Source: Lama glama
Taxonomy: Eukaryota
DNA length: 64,000 bases
Direction of reading: 5' to 3'
NCBI GenBank assembly: GCA_028534125.1
Contig: CM052817.1
Span: 57,228,001-57,292,000, forward strand
A program made the translations under genes and the position numbers. Below the pieces are notes generated by a model. That model had not been told where the DNA came from and ran no database searches. It saw only the letters and a program-made list of their open reading frames with translations. Below, piece by piece: positions 1-12,608 of this stretch. How positions within the stretch are numbered: position 1 is the stretch's first letter; each line of letters starts with the position of its first letter.

Positions 1-945
1 AAAAACCAATGAGTCGTAGAAGAAATCAAAAGGGAAGTCAAAAAATATTTTGAAAGATATCTCACCTATTTAGAATGGCTATCATTAAAAAGGCAGTAGA
101 TAACAAGCACTGGGAGAAAAGGGAACCCTTGTGCCATGTTGGTGGGAACATAAATTGGTGTAGCCACTATGGAAAACAGTATGGAGGCTCCTCATGAGAT
201 CAAAAATAGAACTACCAAATGATCCAGCAATCGCACTTCTGAGTATATATCCAAAGGAAAAGAATTCACTATCTCAAAGAGATATCTGTACTTATATGTT
301 CACAGCAGTATTTTTCACAATAGCCAACATATGGAAACAACCTAAGTATCCATCAATGGATGGATGGATAAAGAAAATGTGGTATGTGTGTGTGTATATA
401 TATACACACACAATGGAATATATATTATCCTGCCTTAAAAAAGGAAATCCTACCACTTGTGCCAACAGATGAAGCTGGCAGGGAACTATGCTAAGTGAAT
501 GAAATAAGTCAGACAAAGAAAATCAAATACTGCATAGTATCTTTATATGAGGAATCTTAAAATAAAAAATTTAGACACACAGAAACAGAGTAGAATGGTA
601 GTTACCAGGGGCTGGGGGCGACAGAGGGGGTGGGGGGATTAGTGGGGAGGGCATAGGGAGATACTGCTAAAAGGGAACAAACTTCCAGTTATAAGATGAA
701 TACGGTCGGGAAGATCTAATACATAACATGGTGACTATGGCTGATAATACTGTAGTGCACAACTGAAATTTGCTAAAAGAGCAGAACTTAAGTGTTCTCG
801 CTAGGGAAATAAAAGTAAATATGTGAAGTGATTGATATGTTAACTAACTCCTTCCACAATGTATATGTACATCAAATGATCACATTGTACACTATAAATA
901 AATTAAAAGTGTATTTGTTAATTATACCACAATAAAGTCAAAAAA
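1..945 (+). mobile_element. L1 3' fragment (ORF2 C-terminus + 3'UTR, L1MA-type)
   Basis: ORF 194-472 gives an ORF2 C-terminal-like peptide ([32 protein letters not shown]); typical 3'UTR ends in aataaa at ~931. The first ~55 bp resemble a more 5' part of ORF2 (possible internal deletion). Confidence 0.92.
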
Positions 946-1094
946 TAATTTTAAATAATTTTAAAAACAGTGAAACTTTAATTGTTCTTTAATTTTGTTT
1001 CAATCTAAGATCTCATCAAGAAATTATACACTGCATTTGGTTGTCATTTCTCTTTAATTTCCTTTAATCTAGACTAGTTCCCCCTGCCTTTTTT

Positions 1095-1300
1095 TTTCAT
1101 TTTTTTAGAGTTCTTATCTTTTTTTTAATGTTTCTTTTAATTGAAGTATAGTCGATTTACAATATTGTGTTAATTTCTGGTGTACAGCACAGTGATTCAG
1201 CATACATGTATATATTCCTTGTCATATTCTTTTTCATTATAGGCTATTACAACATATTGAATATAGCTCCCTGTGTTCTACAGTAGGACCTGGTTGTTTA
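1095..1300 (-). mobile_element. 5'-truncated cetartiodactyl-type L1 3' end with 15-bp TSD
   Basis: T-rich tail, then ttgaagtatagtcgatttacaat...tgtacagcacagtgattcag. Direct repeat ccccctgcctttttt at 1080-1094 and 1301-1315. Confidence 0.9.
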
Positions 1301-1519
1301 CCCCCTGCCTTTTTTAATCATTCAAGATATACCTTCATTTTAAAAATCACTAAGAAAAAAAAGTGCTGCCATTTATAATTGTAAAATGTTATCAATTATA
1401 AGATGAATCTTACTAAATGTTGAAATGTGACATGTTAAAATGTGAGAAAAAAGTACTTCAAAATCAATGAATGTGATATTTCTGACTGAATTTGATATTA
1501 AAAGGAAATTGCAGACAAT

Positions 1520-1825
1520 AATTAAAAGTTTGGAAAACATGTCAAGTAAGAAAGGCATGAAGAAAACAAGAGTATTTAACTGCAAGAATAGGATAAAAGG
1601 CAAGTTAACAGGCTTTAAATTTATGAAGAATTCTTAAATGAAAGAAGTTAACTAGCTTTTCATCATATTCTAAGAAAGCAAAAGAAAAAAAAAGAAAGCA
1701 CAAGGACTTAAATCATAAAGTAAGGGCTTTAACTTAGACAAAAGGAATGTTTCTTCTACCCAGAGATACCTTTAAAAAATTATTATGAATGGTTGGTCAG
1801 TCCCTTTCTCCAGAGATGTGATTAA
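1520..1825 (+). mobile_element. Degenerate CR1/L3 fragment
   Basis: Loose similarity to the recalled L3 3' region (ttttaacttagacaaaaggaatgtttctt; tccctttctccagagatg). Confidence 0.45.
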
Positions 1826-2635
1826 AATCTGCTAGGCTGGGAAGTGGGCTTTTAGACAAAGATACATGGTAGAATGGGGGACAAAAAAACATTTCGGAAG
1901 TGAAATGTCAAGGGCTGAGGCACAGAAGTCATTTTTTAGCAAGTCTGGGACATGACAATAATTTGTTCAGCTGAAGAAGTAAGTTTTGAAAGCTGATCAT
2001 GAGAAATGTGTTTGTTAGGATTAAAAATGGAAGAACCAGAATTTTGTTAACAGAAGGAAGGAGAATTCAAGGGTCAGTAAAAGATTATGGAAGCCAGACA
2101 GATGTATCTGTGATAGTGGCAGTATATAACAGGCAGTCATTCTTGATTTGAGACTTGTGACAAAAATCACATTTAATGAAGCAGCTTTTTTTTTCTAGCA
2201 CGTATGTGTAGGCTGGCTTGGAATAAAGAGCAGAGTTAAGGAGACCAGCCACAGTCACTGCAACGAGCCAGCCTTACCATGGACTCAGTTAAGTAAATAT
2301 CCATCTCTCAGAATTCCCATACAGACAGTGGAAGCCTGAAAATCCACCATTAGAACATTTTTCTCTGACTTCCTATGAACTGAGGATACTTCTGTTTCCT
2401 TCCTAAGGAAAGATTAAGATAAGAGTCCATGGTTAAGACCTTCAGACACAAAGAGCCCAAGGAGAGTCAAGAGTATAGATTCCAAAGCCAGATTTTACCT
2501 ACCTAACAATTTTGCCTACTTCTGGGCACCATGACAGAAATAAAAACAAAAGAGCTTTTCCTTGTTTTTCTCATACTTCTGGAAACAAGGTATTATAACT
2601 GAGATTCCATAGCTATGGGAAGCCTTTATTAGTTG

Positions 2636-3163
2636 TGAGATAGGATGATAAGGGGCAGGACACAACCACTCACGGAATGACACAGCAACTGAGGACAGGA
2701 CAAACTGGTTAGAACTAAGATGACAGAAGATTCGACTTCCAGTAGACCTTGAGCCTTATGGCATACCCAAAGGTACCATGACAGTTCCATAAAAGGCCCA
2801 AAACATAGGCAGGGCCCAATTCCTGGAAATCTCTGCCCCTTCCCCAAAATAGTAAGAATAATCCTCCCACTCGTTAGCCTAGGAAATTACCAAGCCCATA
2901 AAAATTAACAACCCACACACCTCAGAGTCACTCTCTCTCTTGCCTTCTAAGATGACCAGCACTCTTATCTATGGAATGTATACCCACTTTTACTTTAAAC
3001 TAAATACCCCCGCACCTCTCGGCCTCTCTCCCTCTTGCCTTTTGAGATGGCCTGCATCCTGTCTATGGAGTGTGTATCTCTCTAAATAAACTTGGTTTCA
3101 CTTTACTCTGCCTTGCTCTTGAATTCTTTCCTAAGTGAGGCAAGAACCTATTCTCCAGCAACA
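2636..3163 (+). mobile_element. MER41-like solo ERV1 LTR
   Basis: TG...CA ends with 4-bp TSD gttg (2632-2635, 3164-3167). Blocks shared with MER41: ccatgacagtt, gaataatcctcccac, aataaacttggtttcactttactct, gaattctttcct..caagaacc. Confidence 0.85.
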
Positions 3164-4774
3164 GTTGTAAGGTCAGGTCAATCTTAACAATATGAAGCAT
3201 GTTCCAAAATCTATTATCTAAAATATAATTCAAATCTTAGAGCTCCACGCTTCCTTAATTTTTGATAATGAGCATTTGGTGTTCAAGGGTATGTAACGTT
3301 GTAAATTGAGGCAGCTAATAACCCTAAGAATTAGCTCCTTTGAAACCAGTGACAAGAGTGCCCTCTCGGGCTTTTATTTTTTTCCTCCTAACCTTGATGT
3401 TCCACAACTGCAAATGTTGCTGATGCTCTTAATTTTCTAGATTACAGTTCTCCTTTAAATGATTCCAAGAACAGACTTCTCTCTCTACAAACAGCCTCTG
3501 ATTAAATATACCACCTTTATAAGTTCACCAAAATCATTAAATCATTCTGCCCTTGACTCCAGAGCCTTGATTTGCTCCCAAGGAGGTAATGAAAGGGGAA
3601 GAGGAGAGGAAGATTCCACGCTACAGTTAAAGGTGCCCTAACAGTATGACCGCCATCAGAAGTTACTAGTTTATCAACTCTTTACATATGGGGCTACCCT
3701 TTCCTGGGATATTTTACACCTGTGCCTCTCCCATTGAGACACTCAGTAAATGTGAATTAGCCTAAAGAAAATCCTCTAATGAGCATGAGAAAGCATCAAG
3801 AAGTTTTAAGAAGGTGTAGTCCAAAACATAGTCAGTGCCAAGAGTCCCTTTATACTGATGAGAATGCTAAGAAGTTGCCACCAGCCCTCTCAGAGGCCCA
3901 TATTCGGATAGAACCTGCTGCCCTCACTGTACAAGTGTTGGCCTTGAACATGATCTGCTCAGGTCCTTGGAATTCTCGTCCAGGGCACATCATCCACTAA
4001 AAACAAACAAACAAAGAAAACAAACCAAAAAAAAACCTACTTTCTTCATTACAAATCTAAAAATGAAATGCATCCTCCCAGTTCACTCTTCAGGGCCTTC
4101 CTTATACCCCCAAAGTAATTTTGAGGCATTCTATTTCATTTCCATGATAGCAGATTTATGAATATTTACCAGGAGCAAGCAATGGCTATAGGAAAGCCCG
4201 AGGAGAGGGCTCAACTTCACTTCATTAAACAACAATGAAATTTTCAAAGGAGCCAATGTGTCTTCCTTACCTTGTTACAAATAACATGTCATAGCTTAAA
4301 GATCTCAAAGTAAATGACTAAAACAATACAACATAATAAAGTAAAAAATGGGGGGAAGTCATCTCCCCCTAGAAAAAAAATTTTAAAGTCCCAGAGGTTA
4401 GAAAAATGGCTATAGGTCAGAAAGTGACTTAGGAAGGAAACTAAAATTGCAAACCAGTTGCTTTCTCTTCCTGGGCCCTCTTTAGTCCCGTAATCTGGGT
4501 CTTTAATGTGCTTTTCATTATTATGTAGATTTCTTTTAGCAGGTAGATTTCTGCTGTCGGTTGGTTTTACAACAACCCCCATATTTTGAGTTATTTGGAA
4601 TCCTGATAGACTTTTGCTGCTCTCTGGATATTCTGAATACTGGCTTTTCAACAGCCTAGACTGAAAAGTGTCTGAGAATTTCTAAGTTCCTATACAACAG
4701 AAAGATATTGCTCTATCTAAACACCAAGAGTGAAAGTTAACAAAGTAAATAATCCATCCACAATCATACTTGAA

Positions 4775-5215
4775 TTCAGCAAGTATGTACTGAGTGCCTA
4801 CTAAATGCCAGGCACTTTTCCAGGCCCTTGGGGATTCATCAGTGAACAAGACGGAGAATTTTTACTCAAGGAGCTTACATTGTGCTAGAAGGAAACATAA
4901 TAAACAATCAAACAAAAAAGTAAGTAAGTATGTGAGATGGGCATAAAGGCTAAAAATTAAAATAAACTCAAGAAAGGAGTTAAGGAATGCCAGTAAAGGA
5001 CAGAAAGAATAGGAGAGCAGAGACAGCATTACTGATAGACTGACCTGCAAGCAGAGACCTGAAGGAGGTGACCCTATTCCAGAAGCATTCTCAACATGAC
5101 TGAGATCAGCAACAGTGGAAAAGCTAATGTGGCTGGACTGAAGTGGGTGAGGAGAGCCTGGCAGAAAATGGAGTCAGGGAGAATAAGAGGCCAGATAGGA
5201 TTGGGCTTTGCAAAC
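4775..5215 (-). mobile_element. L2 (L2a-like) 3' fragment
   Basis: ttcagcaagtatgtactgagtgcctactaaatgccaggcac...tcaaggagcttacatt, the reverse of the L2 3' end. Confidence 0.8.
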
Positions 5216-5882
5216 AGAGTCTGGCTCTGTCTGGCTGAAACTCAGAATGTGATGCAAGCCGATGGAGACTATTCAGTCAGGGAGAGAGGGAACACTCCTA
5301 CTTTCTGCTAATAATTTAAATCATCTTCAAGTAGTTACTATTACTTAGGCTTAGCAGATTTTTTTAAAAAAAATTTTAAAAACCTTATTCTAAAAACAGG
5401 ATTGTTTCAAGACTCATTCTTTACTCTTTTATGAACTCAATGGAAAGATAGAAATTAGCCTCCATTCTGCCTGAGTATACACCATGGAAGCACAAATTCT
5501 ACATATTGATTTTCAAACAGAATTAACTGGTTTGGGAAAAAGGATAGCTCAGATCTACTGCATACACACACTTCTCTTAATAGAAGGGTAGATGGATGAG
5601 ATGGTCCATAAACGCTGATAGAAAACCTATTAGCTGAATCACATTAGATTAGCCAAGTAGTATCATTGAGGGCATCTGAAAAACCTCAAATGCTAACGTC
5701 AGTGGACTATGCATTAACTAGAGGTGAGATACTAACACCTAGAAGGACAAATAGGAATTCTCTCATTATTTAAAACAAATTCATCCATATTTCTTAAGCA
5801 ACTACCTATTCCTTTGATCATACAGGAGGAAAGCTTGTTATCCGTCAGGAGGCAGTTACTAAAGTGGCAGGTAGATAAATAC

Positions 5883-5982
5883 CTGATGGTTCGATGTGTA
5901 AGTCCTTTGTTGAAATGACCTCCATTTGAGTCTGTCATTGTGCCCAGAATTAGGTATTCCTTTGGGCTAAGTCATTATCTTG
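5883..5982 (-). pseudogene. Candidate exon (100 nt, phase 2-0) with one internal TAG
   Basis: gcccttttag|C AAG ATA ATG ACT TAG CCC...CAT CAG|gtattt. Joins in frame to the exon starting at 4660 (SRLLKSQYSEYPESSK). Confidence 0.4.
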
Positions 5983-6687
5983 CTAAAAGGGCTTTGCAAA
6001 GGCTAATAGTTTAACTTAGCACATTAACTTCCCAGGCCCTGGTGATGCACACTAGCTAGTTGAAACCTTGGCAAGCAGAGCCCTAAGGGAGAGTAATGTA
6101 AGTGGGCACTGGCCCAACAACAGCACCTTTTTAGCCTTTAATTAATACAATTTATTGAGCTCTTACTATATGCCAGTTTCTAATCTTAGAACAGCCCAGA
6201 GGCAACTATTATTATTCTCATTAAAGGTGAATAAATTTCCCAAGGTCCATAGCAATAAGCAGTGAAACTAGAATTCAAACCTAGCATTTAACACATTTCT
6301 TAGCACATAGTAGGAGTTCCATAAACAATCCACAAATGAATGAATGAAATCCAGATCTGTCTTTTCCAAAACTCAGATTCTTCATTTATTCAGTGCTTTA
6401 CAGTTTTTAAGCACTTTCCCCTATGCTGTGGTGACTCTGGGGTAGAAACAGCTCATAGTAGTATTTCTTTGGTCTCAATAATACATTTCTTGTAGGATAG
6501 CTCCTCTTCCTCCAGTCTATTCTATAACACACCAAGACAAGCTGAAGAAAATCTGGATGATGAGGGATACACAAGGCAGGGTGTTGCCTTGTGGGGAGCA
6601 AAAAGAAGGAAGGGGAGCCAATAAGCCAACAAATTATACAAGGGCTTTGCAGACAAAGGGCTAAGAGGACACATAAAGATAAAAGGG

Positions 6688-6925
6688 TGCTGTAGTGGTT
6701 AAAAGGCAAGCTCCAGAGTCATTCAGGCTTGGTTTGAGAGATACTCTCATTTCCTGATAGCTGTGTGACTTCATGCTTCTGCACCTCAGCTTCTGCATCT
6801 GTAAAATGGAGATAATTGTAACTACCTTACTAGGTAGTTATGAAATTATGTGAGAAAATGTGTGTAAAGCAAAGTGCCTGGCACATAGTAAGTGCTCAAT
6901 AAAAGTTATCTATCTTCATTATTAA
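6688..6925 (+). mobile_element. MIR SINE
   Basis: gtagtggttaa...gctgtgtgac...cctcagcttctgcatctgtaaaatggagataat...gtgcctggcacatagtaagtgctcaataaa. Confidence 0.9.
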
Positions 6926-7009
6926 AGAATAAGATGGTGGTTTCCATGGTCAAATCTCACAATTAGACCTATGGTCCTCATTGAAGCCGTAAGCCACCAC
7001 AGTTCTTAC

Positions 7010-7075
7010 CCTTTAAGATCTTCATGAAATAAGAAATATCTGTCTGATCTAAAGGATTTGAAAACTGTCACCTTC
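7010..7075 (-). pseudogene. Candidate exon (66 nt, phase 2-2): KVTVFKSFRSDRYFLFHEDLK
   Basis: Strong acceptor tttgcttcctgctttcag and strong donor AGG|GTAAGA; length divisible by 3; open frame. Confidence 0.6.
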
Positions 7076-7380
7076 CTGAAAGCAGGAAGCAAACTGGACC
7101 TCTTATTTCACCCTCCAATGCTAAGATATCCCAGTTTTCAAATCGCTGTCTGGGGAAGTTGAAGCAAGTCTTCCTCCAGTAGAGTTTCCCCTTTTAGAAA
7201 TTCTGTTTCATGCCACTGTTAATTTCACAGTCCTTAGTGTTCTTTCTATTATTCATGAGTTCTCTGCAGTTCAATTTTATAAAGCAAAGGAGGGCAAACA
7301 GAGATACGTTATCCCCTTTGAAAACAAAACAGTTTCAGCCCCTGTGGAACGGAAGGCCTGCTGATCAGACGAGTCTCTGT

Positions 7381-7394
7381 GTTGCTATAGCAAT
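7381..7394. promoter_or_regulatory. RFX X-box-like motif GTTGCTATAGCAAT
   Basis: 13/14 match to the palindrome GTTGCTATAGCAAC, in non-repeat DNA. Confidence 0.45.
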
Positions 7395-8833
7395 TGGATT
7401 TAAGCCTGTTCCTTGAAGACAGCCCAAAGACAAACTCTACACTTTGCATTTACATTTGGGGGACATTTTACATTGCATTTCTCTTTGTACAAGTGTATCA
7501 ATTCCCTGAAATTTACTCTGCTTTTCTTTGTAACTCAGCTTCCCTCCCTTTCTTAGACAATCATGAGAGCAGCATACAAAAGAGGAAAGGAAAGGAGAGT
7601 CCCCTATCCTATCTCTATTTGTCCTGCTTCCAGTAGGCCTCCCATAACACAGTTATGACCCTTCATTATCTGAGTGTGCTAGATTTTAATGCTAATGTAA
7701 TAACATGACCAAATGGATTGCCATTAGATTTTCCTTCAGCACCTGTGCCAGCTATGCAATATGCAACAGGACTCATACCATCTGTATGCATAAGGGTCAT
7801 AGCATATATGGGATCTTTGTGCAGAAAAGAGAGTCACTCTTCTGACGGTGAAGAGTTTGGCAAGCAGTGTCTTTCTACAAATTAAAAAAAAAAAAGCGCA
7901 CTCCTTCCTCAAAACTGAAACTGTCTTGAAGCACAGGCTAGATTTCAGTCTGTACTCATCTCTGTCAAACTAAACAGTGGCTCCATCCTCAAGCACAGAA
8001 TGTAATCACCTTCTGCCACCCTCCACCCAGTGTCTTCCCACATACACCCAGTTGAGATCTTTGCTGGGGGGATTTAGGGAGCATCTGTCAAGCTTAGGGA
8101 CTGGTTTGTAAATCCCTCGTTTCACTGTGAAGATGAAAACAACTACCCAGTCTACTCTGCTGGAAAAGGGGTTGATTAGCTCAGGCTAAAGCATAATAGA
8201 CACAGTGTGATTTAAGCCTGGGCATCCCTCCACTCTGGACTGTGTTTGGTGCTGCAGACTAATATATAAATATCTAGTACCTCAGCTCCTGTTTCTGGGG
8301 ACATGGGACACAAAAATATGTTGAGATTTTAACTACCATAAACAAATATTTACATGGACCAGAGAGGGTTTGACTAAGGGACTCAGGAGCTATCGTATCT
8401 AGCATCATGTCTCACCCTGTGACCCACACAAGCCACTATGGCTGCACCTTCATAGAGATACTGATAGTGACAGGGCCATAGACCTATTTCAAAGAAGGGA
8501 TCATTCGCTATTCATTCCTTCACCACAGTGGAGAGCATCAAAATTAAACGAAGGTATCAGAAGTAGAAAGGGAAGAGTGTGGTACACAGATAAGACCACC
8601 TCTAATTATAAGTAAGAGGCTCAGAAAGGAATTATCAGGAAAATAAGACCCGTAGAATTCACCTGAAGTACTATGCTGATATGAATCAGAGATCTCACAT
8701 GCCAATAGCTGGACCTCTTCATATCACTTTCATGTCTGAGGTTTCCTGGGACACACATCCCAAAAAAAGCTAGACTAGGCATCTGAAGCAGCCATCAGTA
8801 AGCAGGTAATGCTTTGCTACATGGGCAAGTAGT

Positions 8834-9322
8834 TAAGACAGGAGGAAAGAGGGCAGGGCACAACCATGAAAAGATGACACAGCAATGTCCTCAGGCCATA
8901 AACTGGTTAGAACCAAGATGGGGAAAGATTCAACTTTCAGTATGGTGTCAAGTTTGGCAAGCAGTATCTTACCATTATAGGCTCACTGTAATACAACAGC
9001 ATCTAAATGACGTACCCACAGGCACCATGACAGTTCCCAGGCTGACCATAAAAGGTCAAAAAGTGGGCTGGGCCCAATTTCTGAAAATCTGTACCCCTTT
9101 CCTAAAGCAGTTAGAATAATCCTCCCACTTGTTAGCATATGCAATTACATAGCCCATAAAAACTAACCACCCACATACCTCTGGGCGCCTCTCTTGCCTT
9201 CTGAGATGGCCCACACTCTGTCGATGGAGTGTGTATCTCCCTGAATAAACTTGCTTTCCCTTTACTATGACTCGCTCTTGAATACCTTCCTGCCCATGAC
9301 AAGAACCTATCCTCCAATAACA
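8834..9322 (+). mobile_element. Second MER41-like solo ERV1 LTR
   Basis: Aligns along its length with 2636-3163 (aaactggttagaac, ccatgacagtt, gaataatcctcccact, aataaacttgctttc, caagaaccta); ends in aaca; flanks gtagt/gtggt. Confidence 0.85.
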
Positions 9323-9585
9323 GTGGTGAAAGAGATATTCCCTCTTCAGAGGCCTCCACTGTTCCAAAGGGACACATCCTCCTGAGTGACAAGCTCTCCT
9401 TAACCAGGAATAGCTTTTACATTATTGCTAAAACTCATGAACTATTTGTCCATTTTATGCTGATTGCAAACAGTGGTCTCCATCCTTGTCATCAAAAACA
9501 TCCCTTCGTCTAGAGGTCCCTGTCACATTGCCCAGGGCCTCCTAGCCCCAAGGTGAAATAAACCAATTCTCTTTCCCCTTCTTAC

Positions 9586-9684
9586 CTGGGCCTCACCTCC
9601 TCACTCTTAGATTTATGGTTGTCCTGTAAATTCTGTTTAACGTCATCAAGTTAATAAATGACTCAATACAGTTCTCAGCAAGGA
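9586..9684 (-). pseudogene. Candidate exon with two donors (9597 and 9586)
   Basis: Acceptor ctactgtttttag; donors GAG|GTGAGG and CAG|GTAAGA. The 88-nt form is open (LAENCIESFINLMTLNRIYRTTINLRVR) and ends in phase 2, matching exon 7075-7010. Confidence 0.5.
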
Positions 9685-10052
9685 CTAAAAACAGTAGGGC
9701 TAAGTGTAATCTTAATTAGACTAAATGTTCAGCATTTAACTAAATCCTTGAGGACAAAAATTAAAATTAAGTTGAATATTTTTTTTAATTGAAATTTAGC
9801 ATTCAGAGTCAAGCATTAGGCACTGGTGATAAAGGCAGAGAGCAGATGGCTCCCCCGCCATCTCCCATCTTTTTCATCATTCTCCCACCATGTGCCCATT
9901 TCTCAGTCTTACTACTCAGATTTGGCATCAAGGAAAAGATACAGGAAAAAAGCCAGGTTACTTGGAGTACACATATGTTCTTAACTATTTCTCACATTCC
10001 TCCTGCACGGCCCTCTCCTATCTCTCGCTGTCCCCACAGCATGCATGAGTGC

Positions 10053-10089
10053 ACACAAACACAAACACACACACACACACAAACACAGA
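10053..10089 (+). repeat. Imperfect (CA)n microsatellite
   Basis: Visible acacacaaacacaaacacacacacacac tract. Confidence 0.85.
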
Positions 10090-10529
10090 CAACTTAGCCA
10101 GTGAGCACAAAAGTGGTATTCAAGTCCCTTATCTGTCAGTCAGGGGGAAATGGGGTTGCTAACCCAAAATGCATTTTCAAATCTAGCCCTGTTCTATAGA
10201 AACAAATGCTCCTGCCAGAAAAACACCCTGTAATTCACTCAGCATTATTACTAGTGGATAAATGAGAGGTTGTGATTTCAGCTTCTTCTTGATTGCCCTA
10301 TAAAGTGACATACACACAGTTGTTCTGGCTACCCTGTTATTCTTGGAATATTCAAACCACCCTCCATGCCCCTATTTTGAAAATGGCCATTGAGATGCAA
10401 ACAAAATGACTAAAACTTGACACTCCAAAATATGGTTGTTGTGCTTTGTGTAAGTTAACGGCCTTCTCCTATAGGAAAAAACAAAACAAACAAAACAACA
10501 ACAAAAAAAGGCACATGTAATTAAGACAC

Positions 10530-10667
10530 CCATTTCCATTTGGATCTGAAAGACTTCTACAAAAAGGAAGCTCAGCCTCTTTGTCTTCGCTTCTCTCAAG
10601 AGTTCGCTCAACAGCATCCTTCAGGGTCAGCTGTGCCAAGGCACTTGCACTCCTACTTAGACATCTC
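10530..10667 (-). pseudogene. Candidate exon: RCLSRSASALAQLTLKDAVERTLERSEDKEAELPFCRSLSDPNGN
   Basis: Acceptor tcatttctttcctctttag; open frame with protein-like composition. Donor uncertain (G|ctgagc at 10576 or GG|gtgtct at 10530). Confidence 0.5.
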
Positions 10668-10869
10668 CTAAAGAGGAAAGAAATGACTTCCTCCACCTTT
10701 TTCAAGAATCTTCTGATTGGCAGTAGAGCACAGACTATTACTAAAGCTAAAATCATTAAACTGGAGTTATTAATTGGTCTAGAGCCAAGAGTCAATTATG
10801 AAAGTAAAAAGAAAATAAAAAGCTATTTTCCCAGGACTAACTTAAGAATTAAAACACAACTTTAATATG

Positions 10870-11935
10870 TAATAATTAACATCAAACTAAAAAGCTTCTG
10901 CACAGCAAAAAAAAAATGAACAAAATGAAAAGGCAACCTATGGAATGGGAGAAATATACACAAACATTTATCTGACAAGAGATTAATATTCAAAATAGAT
11001 ATAGAACTTATATAATAACAGCAGGAAAAAAGGAAATCATGCAATTAAAAATGGACAGAAGACCTGAATAGACATTTTCCCAAAGACATTCAAATTGCCA
11101 ACAGGTACATGAAAAGTATTCAACATCATTAATCACCAGAGGAATGCAAATCAAAAACACTATGAGATACCACCTCTTACCAGTTAGAATAGCTTTTATC
11201 AAAAAGACTACAGATAAGAACCATTGGTGAGGATGGAGAGAAAAGGGAATCCTTGTGCACTATTGATGCAAATGCAAATTGTTATAGCCACTGCGGAAAA
11301 TAGTACGGAGATTCCTCAAAAAAATTTTAAAAGAACTACCATATGATCCAACATTTATACTTATGGTAATATATCAAAAACACTACGCTGAAGATGTATT
11401 TGCACCCCCATGTTCACTGCAGCATTATTCACAATAGCCAAGGGTAGAAGAAGGGGGAATAGGAGTTGAGTTCGCCACCCTCTGTAGGAAAAATAAATAT
11501 CCTTTCAACAGAGGAATGGATAAAGAAAATCTGGTATATACATATAATGGACTATTATTCAGCCTTTCAAAAGAAGGAAATCCAACAATATGCCACAACA
11601 TGGATGAACCTGGTGGACACTGGCTAAGGGAAATAAGCCAGTTACAGGACAAATACTACATGATTACACTTAGATGAGGTACCTACAATTGTCCCAGTCA
11701 TGGAAACAAGAGTAGAAGAGTAGAAATGGGAAGTTGCTGTTCAACAGGTGTAATGTTTTAACTTACAGTGAATAAGATGAATGCAAAATGAGTGTGTTCT
11801 AGAGATCTGCTGTGCAACATAGTGCCTAGAGTTAATAATACTGAACTGTACAGTTAAAATTTTAAGAGGGTAGATCTCATGTTAAATGTTCTTATCACAA
11901 TTTTAAAAACTATATAATAGTTTAAAAAGAAATAA
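10870..11935 (+). mobile_element. L1 3' fragment (L1MA/L1MB-type)
   Basis: aaactaaaaagcttctgcacagcaaaa, gaactaccatatgatcca; 3'UTR gttctagagatctgctgtgcaacat...gggtagatctcatgttaa. Confidence 0.9.
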
Positions 11936-12556
11936 AAACCCACCATGATGGGCCACATTTCTAGAATCTGGGTCATTTCTTTCCATACCAGCCTGGCACA
12001 CTTTAGACTCCCTCTGTTACAAAGCAATGGAGAGAAGATAAGAAATTCAAAAATGTCTCCTAGGGGCAGAAAACTCAGAGTTCCTGGAATCAAAATTGAA
12101 ATCATCTAGATTGAAAAGCAATGGCTCTGAAATCTCTGCAGTTTTGCTTCAACCTGTGCTAACATGCAGCAGTGCTCCTCCTTGAAGAGGCAGGTGTCCT
12201 GTCCCCTGTTCCTAGTGAGTCAGCTCACTCTGGACCTAAGGAGACCTGCTAGTAGTTATGTATAAACTGTTATAAATGTGGTATACTCTGTGATTTGCCA
12301 TTACAAAGTGTGAAAAAGTAAAACAAACAAACAAAAGAACTTTTTATTCTCAAACCAATACCTATCAGTACAAGGGTTCTGACCTACTCTGTTTCTGACA
12401 TAGGCCAGTTCATTCCTCCTTAGGGACTTGGTGGTCTCTGGCCCCTGGTAGGTCACCATATTCTTGTTGAACTTAGTGCAGACACCAGGTCATCAGCAGA
12501 CTGTTAAAAGCTTAGGCCCTAGAGAAAAGAGACTCCCCAATCTATTCAGAAGGGAT

Positions 12557-12571
12557 TTTTCTTTTCTTTTC

Positions 12572-12607
<36 letters not shown>

Positions 12608-12608
12608 G
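12557..12608 (+). repeat. (CTTTT)n / poly-T tract
   Basis: Seen directly. Confidence 0.95.

Noticed and set aside
2503..2578. Additional minus-strand exon of the relic
   Set aside because: Plausible acceptor and donor, but stops in the frames tested and no clear phase link; support too weak.
4289..4651. 120-aa ORF as a standalone membrane protein
   Set aside because: Starts at TTG, and the hydrophobic tail comes from T-rich intron-like sequence. Only the 5' part is kept as a candidate exon.
2636..9322. Two same-orientation LTRs ~6 kb apart as one provirus
   Set aside because: The interval holds L2, MIR and unique DNA with no recognisable PBS or gag/pol. The LTRs differ structurally and each has its own flanking duplication.
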